Positions 48,233 through 58,304 of a stretch of 64,000 nucleotides of DNA are shown here, in pieces. Position 1 is the stretch's first letter, and each line of letters starts with the position of its first letter. The DNA comes from Thalassobaculaceae bacterium (GTDB lineage Bacteria > Pseudomonadota > Alphaproteobacteria > Thalassobaculales > Thalassobaculaceae): positions 3,888,616 to 3,952,615 of the forward strand of contig OZ245843.1 of NCBI GenBank assembly GCA_965228875.1. The letters run 5' to 3'. The notes under the pieces were generated by a model. It worked only from the letters and a program-made list of their open reading frames with translations, did no database searches and was not told the DNA's origin. Both the position numbers and the translations under genes were made by a program.

Positions 48233-49033
48233 TCAGCTGAAGGTTACCGTGACCGTCCCGAGCGGCCCGTAATCGGCCACCACCGTCTCGTCCGGCTGCG
48301 CCGGATAGGGGGCGGTGGTCGAACCGGTGGTGACGTAGTCGCCGGCCTTGATCGACTTGCCGTGCTTGGCGATCTCGTTGACCAGCCAGGCGGTGACGGC
48401 GAACGGACCGCCCTCCACGTTGCCGCCCTTGCCCTCGCGCACGGTCTCGTCGCCGGCCTTCAGGGTGACCGCCAGATCGAGCAGGTTCATGTCCTTGGCG
48501 CCGTCGACAGGCTGGCCCATGATCCAGGCGCCGTGCGCGCCGTCATCGGCGATCAGCGAGGCGCCGCCGGCCTTGGTCCAGCCGGCGCCGAACGGCGTGT
48601 CGACGATCTCGATGGCCGGCAGCACGGCGTCGCAGGCGGCGATGACGTCGGCCTCGCTCACCGGACCCTTGGTGCCGTCCAGCGGAGCCGAAAACCGCAG
48701 CGCGATCTCCGGCTCGATCACCCGGATGTAGAGCTCGCTACCCGGGAAGCTCGACGGGCTCTCGGTGGTCATGTTGGAGAGCAGCACGCCCCAGAACATG
48801 TCCGGCAGGCCGAGCAGCTCGCGCGCGCCGGCATTGGTCGCGCCGATCTTGTAGCCGATCGTCGCGGCGCCGTCGGCGACCCGGGCGGCGATGACCTGCT
48901 CCTGGATCGCGTAGCCGTCGGCCAGCGCCTCCGGTTTCTCGCCGGCGGGCAGCGCATCCAGCGTCGCCTTGCGGGCGCGGTGGTCCAGAAGGGTGCTGGC
49001 GGCGGCTTTGACGGCTTCGGCGGACATCGGCAT
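48233..49033 (-). CDS. 2-keto-4-pentenoate hydratase-like (FAH superfamily)
   Basis: YAIQ, GYKIGAT, IEPEIA, PAIEIVD, IADDG and VTTGS motifs. Confidence 0.88.
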   Translation of the reverse strand: MPMSAEAVKAAASTLLDHRARKATLDALPAGEKPEALADGYAIQEQVIAARVADGAATIGYKIGATNAGARELLGLPDMFWGVLLSNMTTESPSSFPGSELYIRVIEPEIALRFSAPLDGTKGPVSEADVIAACDAVLPAIEIVDTPFGAGWTKAGGASLIADDGAHGAWIMGQPVDGAKDMNLLDLAVTLKAGDETVREGKGGNVEGGPFAVTAWLVNEIAKHGKSIKAGDYVTTGSTTAPYPAQPDETVVADYGPLGTVTVTFS

Positions 49034-49068
49034 GGCGGCTCTCCCCAACGCGGTTGATGGCGCCTTCC

Positions 49069-49863
49069 TTACGACGCCGGGGCGCCGGTGTCACCATGAT
49101 CGGTGGCTCGGCCCGCCCCGGCCGGGCCGAAGAACAGATCGCCGGCCGAGATCGCCTGGATCCGGCCCTCTGCGGTTTCGATCTCGGCCCGGCACTGGGT
49201 GTCGAGTCCGCGCAGGGTGCCGGTGACGTCGTCGGCCGGATCGTCGGAGACACGGGCGGTGATCGGGCCGCCGATGCCGGCCAGGTCGGCGAGGACCGCT
49301 TTGCGGATCGCCGCGAGCCCGCCGTCGAGATAGGCCGCGAGGTGGCGCGAGAAATGCGCCGCCATCGCCGGCACCGCGCGCTCCCGGTCGATCTCCGCGG
49401 CACCGGCGGAGCGCAGGTCGGTCGCGGCGTAGAGCAGGCCGGAGGCGGGGGACGACACGAGATTGACGCCGATGCCGCTGATCACCCAGGGCCGGCCGTC
49501 GGTCTCGCCGCTCTCGAGCAGGATGCCCGCGACCTTGGCGCCTTCGACCAGGACGTCGTTCGGCCATTTCAGGGTCACCGGGACGCCGGCCGGAAGCGCG
49601 TCGCGGGCGAGGTCCCGCACGGCGAGCGCCGAGACCATCGATAGCCCCCAGACCGGCGGCCAATCGGGTGTCGGGAAATGGACCACCGTCCAGTAGAGGT
49701 TGCCGCGCGGGCTGGTCCAGGCTCGGCCGCGCCGCGCCCGACCGCCGGTCTGTTCGCGGGCGGTTACGACGGCGCCGTCGGCGACGCCGCCGGACGCGAT
49801 GCGCCGGCGGGCCTCCAGGTTGGTGCTGTCGACGGAGTCGAGGTCGATGATCTCTGGCGTCAT
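49069..49863 (-). CDS. birA: Biotin-protein ligase (no HTH)
   Basis: VDSTN, QTGGRARRGRAW.SP.GNLY, LKWPNDVL, KVAGILLE and GIGVN motifs; start ATG 49863. Confidence 0.92.
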   Translation of the reverse strand: MTPEIIDLDSVDSTNLEARRRIASGGVADGAVVTAREQTGGRARRGRAWTSPRGNLYWTVVHFPTPDWPPVWGLSMVSALAVRDLARDALPAGVPVTLKWPNDVLVEGAKVAGILLESGETDGRPWVISGIGVNLVSSPASGLLYAATDLRSAGAAEIDRERAVPAMAAHFSRHLAAYLDGGLAAIRKAVLADLAGIGGPITARVSDDPADDVTGTLRGLDTQCRAEIETAEGRIQAISAGDLFFGPAGAGRATDHGDTGAPAS

Positions 49864-50004
49864 GGAGCGCCGATTGGCACGCTTCGGCGGCTGGTTCAAG
49901 CGCCGAGGCCGGTCGCTTGAGGCGGCCGGACCCCGTCTGTATAGTCCGCGCGGCGCGTCTTCGCGCCGCACCATGCGGCAACGCAACGGCGGGAGTGGGA
50001 CGGC

Positions 50005-50475
50005 ATGAGCGAAGCGGGCGGCCAGGACGTCGGCCAGTATTTTCTCGAGGATCTCGAGGTCGGCATGACCGCCGACTACGAGCGCGTCGTCACCGAGGAC
50101 ATGATCGAAGCGTTCGCCGACGTGTCGGGAGACCACAACCCGCTGCACCTGGACGAGGACTACGCGAGCACGACGATGTTCAAGGGTCGCATCGCCCACG
50201 GCATCCTCGGCGCCTCCTTCATCTCGAAGATCTTCGGCACCCAGATGCCGGGCAAGGGCTCGGTCTACATCTCCCAGACGCTGCGCTTCATGGCGCCGGT
50301 GAGGATCGGCGACACGGTCGTGACCACCGTCGAGGTCATGGACATCAACGAGGAGAAGAAGCGGGTCGCCTTCCGCTCCCGCTGCCGGGTGGGCCGGACC
50401 GTCGTGATCGACGGCGACGCCACGATCCTGGTGCCGGCGCGCGCCAAGGCGAAAACGGACCTGGCGGCGGAGTAA
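50005..50475 (+). CDS. MaoC/PhaJ family (R)-enoyl-CoA hydratase
   Basis: FADVSGDHNPLH, RIAHG and F.APVRIGD motifs. Confidence 0.92.
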   Translation: MSEAGGQDVGQYFLEDLEVGMTADYERVVTEDMIEAFADVSGDHNPLHLDEDYASTTMFKGRIAHGILGASFISKIFGTQMPGKGSVYISQTLRFMAPVRIGDTVVTTVEVMDINEEKKRVAFRSRCRVGRTVVIDGDATILVPARAKAKTDLAAE

Positions 50476-50482
50476 CCGACCC

Positions 50483-51424
50483 TTGGAAATCCTGCGCGCG
50501 CTGGACGACGTGGAGCCGCGCCACCGGGGCTCGGTGGCGGCGATCGGCAATTTCGACGGCGTTCATCTCGGCCATCGGGCGGTCATCGGCGAGGCGGCGC
50601 GGATCGCCGGCGACCTGCACGCGCCGCTATCGGTCGTCACCTTCGAGCCGCATCCGCGCCAGTACTTCCAGGCCGGGCTCGAACCGTTCCGCCTGACGAC
50701 GGCGGCGGGTCGGGCGGCGCGGCTGGAGGATCTCGGCGTCGACACCCTGTTCGAGATCCCCTTCGGCCGGGATTTCGCCCAGCTCAGCGCCGAGGCGTTC
50801 ATCGACGATGTGCTTCTGGGCCGCCTGGGCCTGCGCCATGTGGTGATCGGTTACGACTTCAATTTCGGCCACCGCCGGCGCGGCACGCCGGACATGTTGA
50901 TCGAGCGGGCCGCCCACAAGGGGTTCGCCGCCACCAAGGTCGCCGCGGTGCACGAGAGCGACGGGGCGGTGTACTCCTCCTCGCGGATCCGTCAGTGCCT
51001 GATGGAAGGCGACCCGCGGGGCGCGGCCTCGCTGCTGGGCGCGCCGTGGGAGATCACCGCCACGGTCCAGGAGGGCGACAGGCGCGGGCGCACCATCGGG
51101 TTCCCCACCGCCAACCTTCGGCTCGGCGACCTGCTCTGCCCGCGGCTCGGGGTCTATGCGGTCCGCGCGATGCTGACGTCGGGCGAGGGGGCGGGCGCCT
51201 GGATGCCGGGGGTCGCCAATCTCGGCGTCCGCCCGACGGTGAACGACCGGGGCGTGCTTCTGGAGGTCCACCTGTTCGACCGGGAAATCGATCTCTACGG
51301 GCGCGACCTGCGTGTGAGATTGGTTGACTTTATCCGGCCGGAGCGGAAGTTTGGCGGCCTGGACGAGCTGACGGCGCAGATCGCGGCCGATGCGGCTCAG
51401 GCGCGGGAGCTTCTGGGGCACTGA
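50483..51424 (+). CDS. ribF: Bifunctional riboflavin kinase/FAD synthetase
   Basis: IGNFDGVHLGH, TFEPHP, SSSRIR, GRTIGFPTAN, GVRPT and RPERKF motifs. Confidence 0.97.
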   Translation: MEILRALDDVEPRHRGSVAAIGNFDGVHLGHRAVIGEAARIAGDLHAPLSVVTFEPHPRQYFQAGLEPFRLTTAAGRAARLEDLGVDTLFEIPFGRDFAQLSAEAFIDDVLLGRLGLRHVVIGYDFNFGHRRRGTPDMLIERAAHKGFAATKVAAVHESDGAVYSSSRIRQCLMEGDPRGAASLLGAPWEITATVQEGDRRGRTIGFPTANLRLGDLLCPRLGVYAVRAMLTSGEGAGAWMPGVANLGVRPTVNDRGVLLEVHLFDREIDLYGRDLRVRLVDFIRPERKFGGLDELTAQIAADAAQARELLGH

Positions 51425-51469
51425 CGGCGCCTCCGCAACCCCGGCTCCCCAACGACACGGGCGTTCGAG

Positions 51470-54292
51470 ATGACGACGGACTACAAGAGCACGGTGTTCC
51501 TGCCGAAGACGGATTTCCCCATGCGCGCCGGCCTGCCGAAGCGCGAGCCGGAGATTCTCGCGTGGTGGAAGGAGATCGATCTCGACCGTCGCATCCGGGA
51601 AGTCCGCGAAGGCGCCGAGCCGTTCATCCTGCATGACGGTCCGCCCTACGCGAACGGCCACCTGCACATGGGCCACGCGCTGAACAAGATCCTCAAGGAT
51701 CTGGTCAACCGTACCCAGCACATGGCCGGCAGACGCACCCATTATGTCCCCGGCTGGGACTGTCACGGCCTGCCGATCGAGTGGAAGATCGAGGAGGACT
51801 ACCGGGCCAGGGGCAAGGACAAGGACGCCGTCCCCGTGGTCGAGTTCCGCAAGGAATGCCGCGAGTTCGCCGATCAGTGGATCGACACCCAGCGCCAGGA
51901 GTTCAAGCGTCTGGGCGTGACCGGCGACTGGGACAACTACTACACCACCATGACCTTCAAGGCCGAGGCGCAGATCGCGCGCGAGATCGGCAAGTTCCTG
52001 ATGAACGGCAGCCTGTACAAGGGGGCCAAGCCGGTCATGTGGTCGGTGGTCGAGAAGACCGCGCTGGCCGATGCCGAGGTCGAGTATCACGACCACACCT
52101 CGGTCACCATCCACGTGCGGTTCCCGGTGGTGACGGCGAGCGATCCGGCCCTGGACGGGGCGGCGATCGTCATCTGGACCACCACCCCCTGGACCATGCC
52201 GGGCAACCGGGCCGTCGCGTTCGGCGAGGAGATCGACTACGTGGTCGTCTCCCCGACCGCGGTCGCCGGGAACAGCCTCGCCAAGGTCGGCGAGAAGCTG
52301 GTCGTCGCGCGCGCCCTGATCGAGGATTTCAAGGCCCAGGCCAGGATCGAGGCGCTCGACGAGGTTGCCTCCCTGAAGGGGGCGGCCATCGCCGGCACCG
52401 TCTGCGCCCACCCGCTGCGCGGCCATGGTTTCGACTACGACGTGCCGGCGCTGGCGGCCGAGTTCGCCACCGACGACCAGGGCACCGGCTTCGTCCATAT
52501 CGCCCCCGGACACGGTGCCGACGACTTCGTGCTCGGCCAGGCGAACGGCCTGGAGGTGCCGCAGACCGTCGCCGACGACGGCGTGTTCTACGACCACGTA
52601 CCGATCTTCGCCGGCATGCACGTGCTCGAGGACAACATGAAGATCGCGGCCATCATCCGCGACCATGGCGGCCTGGTGGCGCGCGGCAAACTCAAGCACT
52701 CCTATCCGCATTCCTGGCGGTCCAAGGCGCCGCTGATCTTCCGCAACACCGCCCAGTGGTTCATCTCGATGGAGACCAACGGGCTGCGGGAGACGGCGCT
52801 GAAGGCGATCGACGACACCCGCTTCGTTCCGGCTGCCGGCCAGAGCCGCCTGCGCGGGATGATCGAGACCCGGCCGGACTGGTGCATCAGCCGCCAACGC
52901 GCCTGGGGCGTGCCGATCCCGGTCTTCACCTCGAAGAAGACGGGCGAACCGCTGCGCGATCAGGCGGTTCTCGACCGCGTCGCCGAGGCCTTCGAGCAGG
53001 AGGGCGCCGATGCCTGGTTCGCCAGCGATCCGTCGCGCTTCCTCGGCCCCGACCACGACCCGAACGACTACGAGCAGGTCACGGACATCGCCGACGTCTG
53101 GTTCGACAGCGGCTCGACCCATGCCTTCGTGCTCGAGTCCGAGGATCCGGAATGGGCCGACCTGCCCTGGCCGGCGCAGCTCTACCTCGAGGGCTCGGAC
53201 CAGCATCGCGGCTGGTTCCACTCGTCGCTGCTGGTCGGCTGCGGTACCCGCGGCCGCGCGCCCTACGAGGCGGTGCTGACCCACGGCTTCATCAATGCCG
53301 AGGATGGCCGCAAGATGTCGAAGTCGCTCGGCAACGGCGTCGACCCGCTGGAGGTGATCGAGCAGAGCGGTGCCGACATCCTGCGGATCTGGGTGGTCAG
53401 TTCCGACTTCACCGAGGACCTGCGCGTCGGCCCGGGCATCCTGAAGCACACCGTCGACCACTACCGGCGCCTGCGCAACACGCTGCGCTACGTGCTCGGC
53501 GCGCTCGACGGCTACACCGAGGCGGAGGCGATCGAGCCCGCCCGCATGCCCGAACTGGAACGCTGGGTGCTGCACCGGATCGCGGAGATCGACGGTGTGA
53601 TGCGCCAGTGCACCCGCGATTTCGACTACCACACCATGTTCCTCACCCTGCATCAGTTCTGCGCCGTGGACCTGTCGGCGTTCTATTTCGACATCCGCAA
53701 GGACTCGCTGTACTGCGACGATCCGGCCAGCGACCGGCGCCGCGCGGTGCGGACGGTGATGGCGCACCTGCATCAGTGCCTGACCACATGGCTGGCGCCG
53801 ATCTGCTGCTTCACCGCCGAGGAGGCGTGGCGGGCGCGGCACGACGGCGAGGCGGACTCCGTCCACCTGCAGGCTTACCCGACCATTCCGGCCGAGTGGC
53901 GGGACGAGGCTCTCGCCGAGAAGTGGGCGACGATCCGCACCGTGCGCCGCGTCGTCACCGGCGCGCTCGAGCTGGAGCGCGCCGAGAAGCGGATCGGCTC
54001 CTCGCTGCAGGCGGCGCCGACGGTCTACATGTCGGCGGCGGAGAAGGCGGCGTTCGCGGGCCTGGATCCGGCGGAAATCTTCATCACCTCCGATGCCACT
54101 CTGGTCGAGGGCGAGGGGCCGCAGGAGGCCTACCGTCTCGCCGAGGTCTCGGGCGTGGCCTGCATGCCGGGACCGGCCGAGGGCGAGAAGTGCGAGCGAT
54201 GCTGGAAGGTTCTGCCGGAGGTCGCGGTCGGCGATCCGGTCTGCAACCGCTGCGCCGACGCGGTGTCCGGCCTGGTGACCGCCGCCGAGTGA
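51470..54292 (+). CDS. ileS: Isoleucyl-tRNA synthetase
   Basis: LPKTDFPMR, HDGPPYANG.HMGH, WTTTPWT, DWCISRQR, EGSDQHRGWF, KMSKS and C-terminal CERC/CNRC. Confidence 0.99.
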   Translation: MTTDYKSTVFLPKTDFPMRAGLPKREPEILAWWKEIDLDRRIREVREGAEPFILHDGPPYANGHLHMGHALNKILKDLVNRTQHMAGRRTHYVPGWDCHGLPIEWKIEEDYRARGKDKDAVPVVEFRKECREFADQWIDTQRQEFKRLGVTGDWDNYYTTMTFKAEAQIAREIGKFLMNGSLYKGAKPVMWSVVEKTALADAEVEYHDHTSVTIHVRFPVVTASDPALDGAAIVIWTTTPWTMPGNRAVAFGEEIDYVVVSPTAVAGNSLAKVGEKLVVARALIEDFKAQARIEALDEVASLKGAAIAGTVCAHPLRGHGFDYDVPALAAEFATDDQGTGFVHIAPGHGADDFVLGQANGLEVPQTVADDGVFYDHVPIFAGMHVLEDNMKIAAIIRDHGGLVARGKLKHSYPHSWRSKAPLIFRNTAQWFISMETNGLRETALKAIDDTRFVPAAGQSRLRGMIETRPDWCISRQRAWGVPIPVFTSKKTGEPLRDQAVLDRVAEAFEQEGADAWFASDPSRFLGPDHDPNDYEQVTDIADVWFDSGSTHAFVLESEDPEWADLPWPAQLYLEGSDQHRGWFHSSLLVGCGTRGRAPYEAVLTHGFINAEDGRKMSKSLGNGVDPLEVIEQSGADILRIWVVSSDFTEDLRVGPGILKHTVDHYRRLRNTLRYVLGALDGYTEAEAIEPARMPELERWVLHRIAEIDGVMRQCTRDFDYHTMFLTLHQFCAVDLSAFYFDIRKDSLYCDDPASDRRRAVRTVMAHLHQCLTTWLAPICCFTAEEAWRARHDGEADSVHLQAYPTIPAEWRDEALAEKWATIRTVRRVVTGALELERAEKRIGSSLQAAPTVYMSAAEKAAFAGLDPAEIFITSDATLVEGEGPQEAYRLAEVSGVACMPGPAEGEKCERCWKVLPEVAVGDPVCNRCADAVSGLVTAAE

Positions 54293-54302
54293 GGATGGTG
54301 CG

Positions 54303-54809
54303 GTGAACCCTGCGCTGGCACGCGGCCTCGCCCTTGGAGTCCTGGTCGTCGTTCTCGACCAGGCGACCAAGGTCTGGGCCCTGGCGACGGTGTTCGATCC
54401 GCCCCGCCGCATCGAGATCCTGCCGATGCTCGATCTGGTGCCGGTGTGGAACCGGGGAGTGAGCTTCGGCCTGCTGTCCAGCGCCTCGCAGTGGGGGCCG
54501 TGGCTGCTCAGCGGCTTCGCCCTGGTGGTCTGCGGTTTCCTGCTCGCCTGGCTGGCGCGGGCGCGGGCCTGGCCGCTGGTCTGGGGCCTCGGCGCGGTGA
54601 TCGGCGGCGCCATCGGCAACGTGATCGACCGGGTAAGGTTCGGCGCGGTCGTCGACTTCATCGACGTGCACTACGGCGCCTGGCACTGGCCGGCCTTCAA
54701 CATTGCCGATTCTGCTATTACCTTAGGGGTATGTCTCCTCCTGCTCGATGCCTTCGGTGTCGGTGCCGACAGGGGGACGACCGAGGGAGGACAAGCGAAC
54801 GATGGGTGA
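54303..54809 (+). CDS. lspA: Lipoprotein signal peptidase II
   Basis: DQATK, WNRGVSFG, GNVIDR, VVDFI and FNIAD motifs. Confidence 0.96.
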   Translation: MNPALARGLALGVLVVVLDQATKVWALATVFDPPRRIEILPMLDLVPVWNRGVSFGLLSSASQWGPWLLSGFALVVCGFLLAWLARARAWPLVWGLGAVIGGAIGNVIDRVRFGAVVDFIDVHYGAWHWPAFNIADSAITLGVCLLLLDAFGVGADRGTTEGGQANDG

Positions 54810-55413
54810 GACCGTCGAGCTCGGGCGCGTTGCCCGTATCGTTCCCGCCGCCGTGCTGGCGGCGATCATGGCCGTCGGGCTGGGCGGCTGCGGTCAGTTG
54901 CGCGATGCGCTCGGCCAGACCAAGGATCCGCCCGACGAGTTCCAGGTCGTGGCCCGCGCACCGCTCGCCCTGCCGCCGAACTACGACCTGCGGCCGCCGC
55001 GCCCTGGCGCCCCCCGCCCGCAGGAGCGCTCGACCACGGACGCCGCCGCCGAACGCATCCTCGGCCGCCGTGCCCGGGCGACGGCAACGTCGACCAACGC
55101 GGTTCCGGCGGCACCGGTCGTGGTCAGTTCCGCCGGCGAGGCGAAGTTCCGCCAGCAGCTCGGCCTCGACCAGGCTGAGTCGGACATTCGCACCGTCGTC
55201 GATCAGGAGACGGCCGACTACGTCTACGAAACCCGGTATCCCATCGACCGGCTGCTGTTCTGGAAGGACGACCCCGCGCCGGGCATCCTGCTGAACGCGA
55301 CCAAGGAGCAGCAGCGCCTGCAGGAGAACGCCGCGTTGGGACGCAAGCCCAACGAGGGCGACGTGCCCACCATCGAGCGCAAGCGCGGCGGGTTGCTGCA
55401 GGGCATTTTCTGA
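54802..55413 (+). CDS. DUF3035 family lipoprotein
   Basis: Lipobox LGGC; PDEFQVVARAPL.LPP.Y.LRPP.PG motif. Confidence 0.88.
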   Translation: MGETVELGRVARIVPAAVLAAIMAVGLGGCGQLRDALGQTKDPPDEFQVVARAPLALPPNYDLRPPRPGAPRPQERSTTDAAAERILGRRARATATSTNAVPAAPVVVSSAGEAKFRQQLGLDQAESDIRTVVDQETADYVYETRYPIDRLLFWKDDPAPGILLNATKEQQRLQENAALGRKPNEGDVPTIERKRGGLLQGIF

Positions 55414-55530
55414 CCGTTCCCGCGGCGGTCGCGCGGGCCAGCCGGGACCGTCGGTCGCAGCCGGTTTGACGATCGCCCGGCGGGGCGCCATGTCTGACGG
55501 GTGACGGAGCCCGCGCGGAGAAACCTGTCC

Positions 55531-56883
55531 ATGCAATCAGTTCGTTCGGTCGGCCGCCTGCTCGGCGTCCTCTGCCTGATGTCCGTGCTCGCGCTGCCGG
55601 CGCGGGCCGGCGTCTTTGACCCGACCACCTTCACCCTGGAAAACGGGATGCAGGTCGTGGTGGTCGAGAACGACCGGGCACCGGTCGTCAGCCACATGGT
55701 GTTCTACAAGGTCGGATCCGCCGACGAGCCGCGCGGCAAGTCGGGGATCGCCCACTTCCTCGAGCATCTGATGTTCAAGGGGACCGAGACCGTCGCTCCC
55801 GGCGAGTTCTCCGCCGTCATCAAACGCCTCGGCGGGCAGGAGAACGCCTTCACCTCCTACGACTTCACCGGCTATTTCCAGAACGTCGCCCGCCAGCACC
55901 TCGCCCGCATGATGGCGATGGAGGCGGATCGCATGACCAACCTTGTCCTGACGCCGGATCTGGTCGCGCCCGAGTTGGACGTCGTCCGCGAGGAGCGGCG
56001 ATCGCGGATCGACAACGACCCGGCATCACTGCACGGCGAGCAGGTCCGGGCGGCAACCTACCTCGCCTATCCATACCGCATCCCGATCATCGGCTGGGAG
56101 GAGGAGATGACCGCCCTCACCCAGGAGGATGCGGAGGCGTTCTACCGGACCTGGTATGCGCCGAACAACGCCATCCTGCTGGTCGCCGGCGACGTCACGC
56201 CGGACGAGGTCCGGCGGCTGGCGCAGGAGACCTACGGAGTGATTCCGGCCCGCCCGGTTCCCGACCGCGAGGCCCTGCGCGGCGGCGAGCCGCCGCAGCT
56301 CGCCGCCCGGCGGGTGTCGAGCCGCAGTCCGCGGGTCGATCAGCCGAGCTGGTCCCGACGCTGGGTGGCGCCCGGTCGGCGCTGGGGCGACGCGGCGCGG
56401 GTTTCAGCCCTGGAAGTCGCCGCCGAGATCCTCGGCGGTGGGGCCACCAGCCGCCTGCACCGGGCGCTGGTGGTCGACGGCGCCAAGGCGGTGTACGCGG
56501 GTGCCGGGTATTCGCCCACCGGTCTCGGTCCGCAGACCTTCGCCGTCTACGCCAGCCCGCGCGGCGACGTGACGGTTGAGGACCTCGAGCAGGCGATAGA
56601 GGGCGAGATCGACCTGGTCCTGCGCGACGGCGTGAGCCAAGACGAGGTCGACGCCGCCGTTGCCCGCCTGCGGCGCAGCGCGATCTTCGCCCGCGACGAT
56701 TCGCTGGCGCCGGCCCGCACCATCGGCATCGAGCTCGCGTCCGGCGGCACCATCGCCGACATCGAGGAGTGGCCGGACCGGATCGCCGCCGTGACGCCCG
56801 AAGCCGTGCGCGAGGCGCTGCGGGCGGTGCTGGTCGACCGGCAGTCCGTCACGAGCGTCCTGCGCCCCGAGCCCCGGAGCTGA
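55531..56883 (+). CDS. M16 (pitrilysin) peptidase, catalytic subunit
   Basis: Signal peptide; GIAHFLEHLMFKGT (HxxEH), NAFTSYD and YAPNNA motifs. Confidence 0.94.
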   Translation: MQSVRSVGRLLGVLCLMSVLALPARAGVFDPTTFTLENGMQVVVVENDRAPVVSHMVFYKVGSADEPRGKSGIAHFLEHLMFKGTETVAPGEFSAVIKRLGGQENAFTSYDFTGYFQNVARQHLARMMAMEADRMTNLVLTPDLVAPELDVVREERRSRIDNDPASLHGEQVRAATYLAYPYRIPIIGWEEEMTALTQEDAEAFYRTWYAPNNAILLVAGDVTPDEVRRLAQETYGVIPARPVPDREALRGGEPPQLAARRVSSRSPRVDQPSWSRRWVAPGRRWGDAARVSALEVAAEILGGGATSRLHRALVVDGAKAVYAGAGYSPTGLGPQTFAVYASPRGDVTVEDLEQAIEGEIDLVLRDGVSQDEVDAAVARLRRSAIFARDDSLAPARTIGIELASGGTIADIEEWPDRIAAVTPEAVREALRAVLVDRQSVTSVLRPEPRS

Positions 56884-56889
56884 CCGGCC

Positions 56890-58227
56890 ATGCGATCTCT
56901 TCTCTTCCCCGCCATCGTGGTTCTCTGCGCGCTCGTTCTGCTGCCGGGCCGGGTCCAGGCCCTCGACATCCGGACGGTCACCAGCCCCGGCGGCATCGAG
57001 GCCTGGCTGGTCGAGGATCACCGCAACCCGATCCTGGCCCTGACCTTCTCCTTCCGCGGCGGCGAGTCGGCCGATCCCGTGGGCCGGGAGGGCCGGGCCC
57101 GACTGGTCGCGGGCCTGCTCGACGAGGGCGCCGGCGACCTGGACTCCCAGGCGTTTCAGAAAGCTCTGGCGGACAACTCGATCTCGCTGAGCTTCAACAG
57201 CCGGTCCGACCGGTTCTCCGGTCGGATGGTCACGCTCACCGAGACCCGGGAGACGGCGACAGACCTGCTGCGTCTGGCGCTCACCGCGCCGCGCTTCGAC
57301 CCCGAGCCGGTCGAGCGGATCCGCGCCCAGATCGAGGCCTCCCTGCGACGCGACGCGCAGAATCCGAGGACCGCCGCCAGTCTCGCCTGGTGGGGGATGA
57401 GCTTCCCCGACCATCCCTATGGCCGACCCGGCGACGGCACGCTGGAGAGCGTCGCCGCGATCACGACGCAGGACCTGCGCGCCTTCGCCGACGCCGTCCT
57501 GACCCGCGAGGATCTGGTGATCGGTGCGGTCGGTGACATCACGCCGGAGGCGCTCGGCCGACTGGTCGACGCGGTGTTCGGCGGTCTGCCGTCCACGTCC
57601 GATCTGTCCGCGGTCCCGGACGTCGCGCCGAGCCGGGCCGGCGATACTGTGGTCATCGACCTGGAGGTCCCGCAGTCGGTCGTCGTGTTCGGCCAGGCCG
57701 GAATCGATCGCGAAGACCCGGACTGGTACACCGCCAACCTGCTCAACCGGGTCATGGCCGGCGGTTTCGGATCGCGTCTGATGGAGGAGATCCGCGAGAA
57801 GCGGGGCCTCGTCTACGGCGTTTGGGCCTATCTCCTGCCGCTCGAGCATGCGCCGATGATGATGGGCGGCCTCGCCTCGCAGAACGCGCGGGTCGCCGAG
57901 GCGGTGGATCTGGTGCGCCAGGAATGGCGGCGGATGGCGGCGGAGGGTCCGACCCGTCAGGAACTGGATGACGCCCGCGACTACCTCCTCGGCTCGTTCC
58001 CGCTCAGCCTGACCGATTCGGGCGGCATCGCATCGCTGCTGGTCGCCCTGCAGGAGAACGACCGGCCGATCGACTATCTCGATCGGCTGGAGACGATCTA
58101 CGGTGCCATTACCCTGGAGGACGCCCGCCGTGTCGCGGCGAAACTGTACCGGGCCGAGGAATTAACGGTGGTCGTCGTCGGTCAACCGGACGGGATCGTG
58201 TCCACGCCGGCCGCCTCCGGCGGCTGA
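56890..58227 (+). CDS. M16 peptidase, non-catalytic subunit
   Basis: Signal peptide; AWLVED, LLDEGAG, HPYGR and SRL.EEIREKRGL.Y motifs; no HxxEH. Confidence 0.92.
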   Translation: MRSLLFPAIVVLCALVLLPGRVQALDIRTVTSPGGIEAWLVEDHRNPILALTFSFRGGESADPVGREGRARLVAGLLDEGAGDLDSQAFQKALADNSISLSFNSRSDRFSGRMVTLTETRETATDLLRLALTAPRFDPEPVERIRAQIEASLRRDAQNPRTAASLAWWGMSFPDHPYGRPGDGTLESVAAITTQDLRAFADAVLTREDLVIGAVGDITPEALGRLVDAVFGGLPSTSDLSAVPDVAPSRAGDTVVIDLEVPQSVVVFGQAGIDREDPDWYTANLLNRVMAGGFGSRLMEEIREKRGLVYGVWAYLLPLEHAPMMMGGLASQNARVAEAVDLVRQEWRRMAAEGPTRQELDDARDYLLGSFPLSLTDSGGIASLLVALQENDRPIDYLDRLETIYGAITLEDARRVAAKLYRAEELTVVVVGQPDGIVSTPAASGG

Positions 58228-58304
58228 CCCGCGGCAACCCGTTCGACCGCCGCGGATGACGGCAGGGGCAGCGATCGTCTACCTTTGGGGGATAGGAGAC
58301 CCGC

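Noticed and set aside
50627..54661. 1344-aa minus-strand ORF
   Set aside because: Antisense shadow of ribF-ileS-lspA with no domain features.
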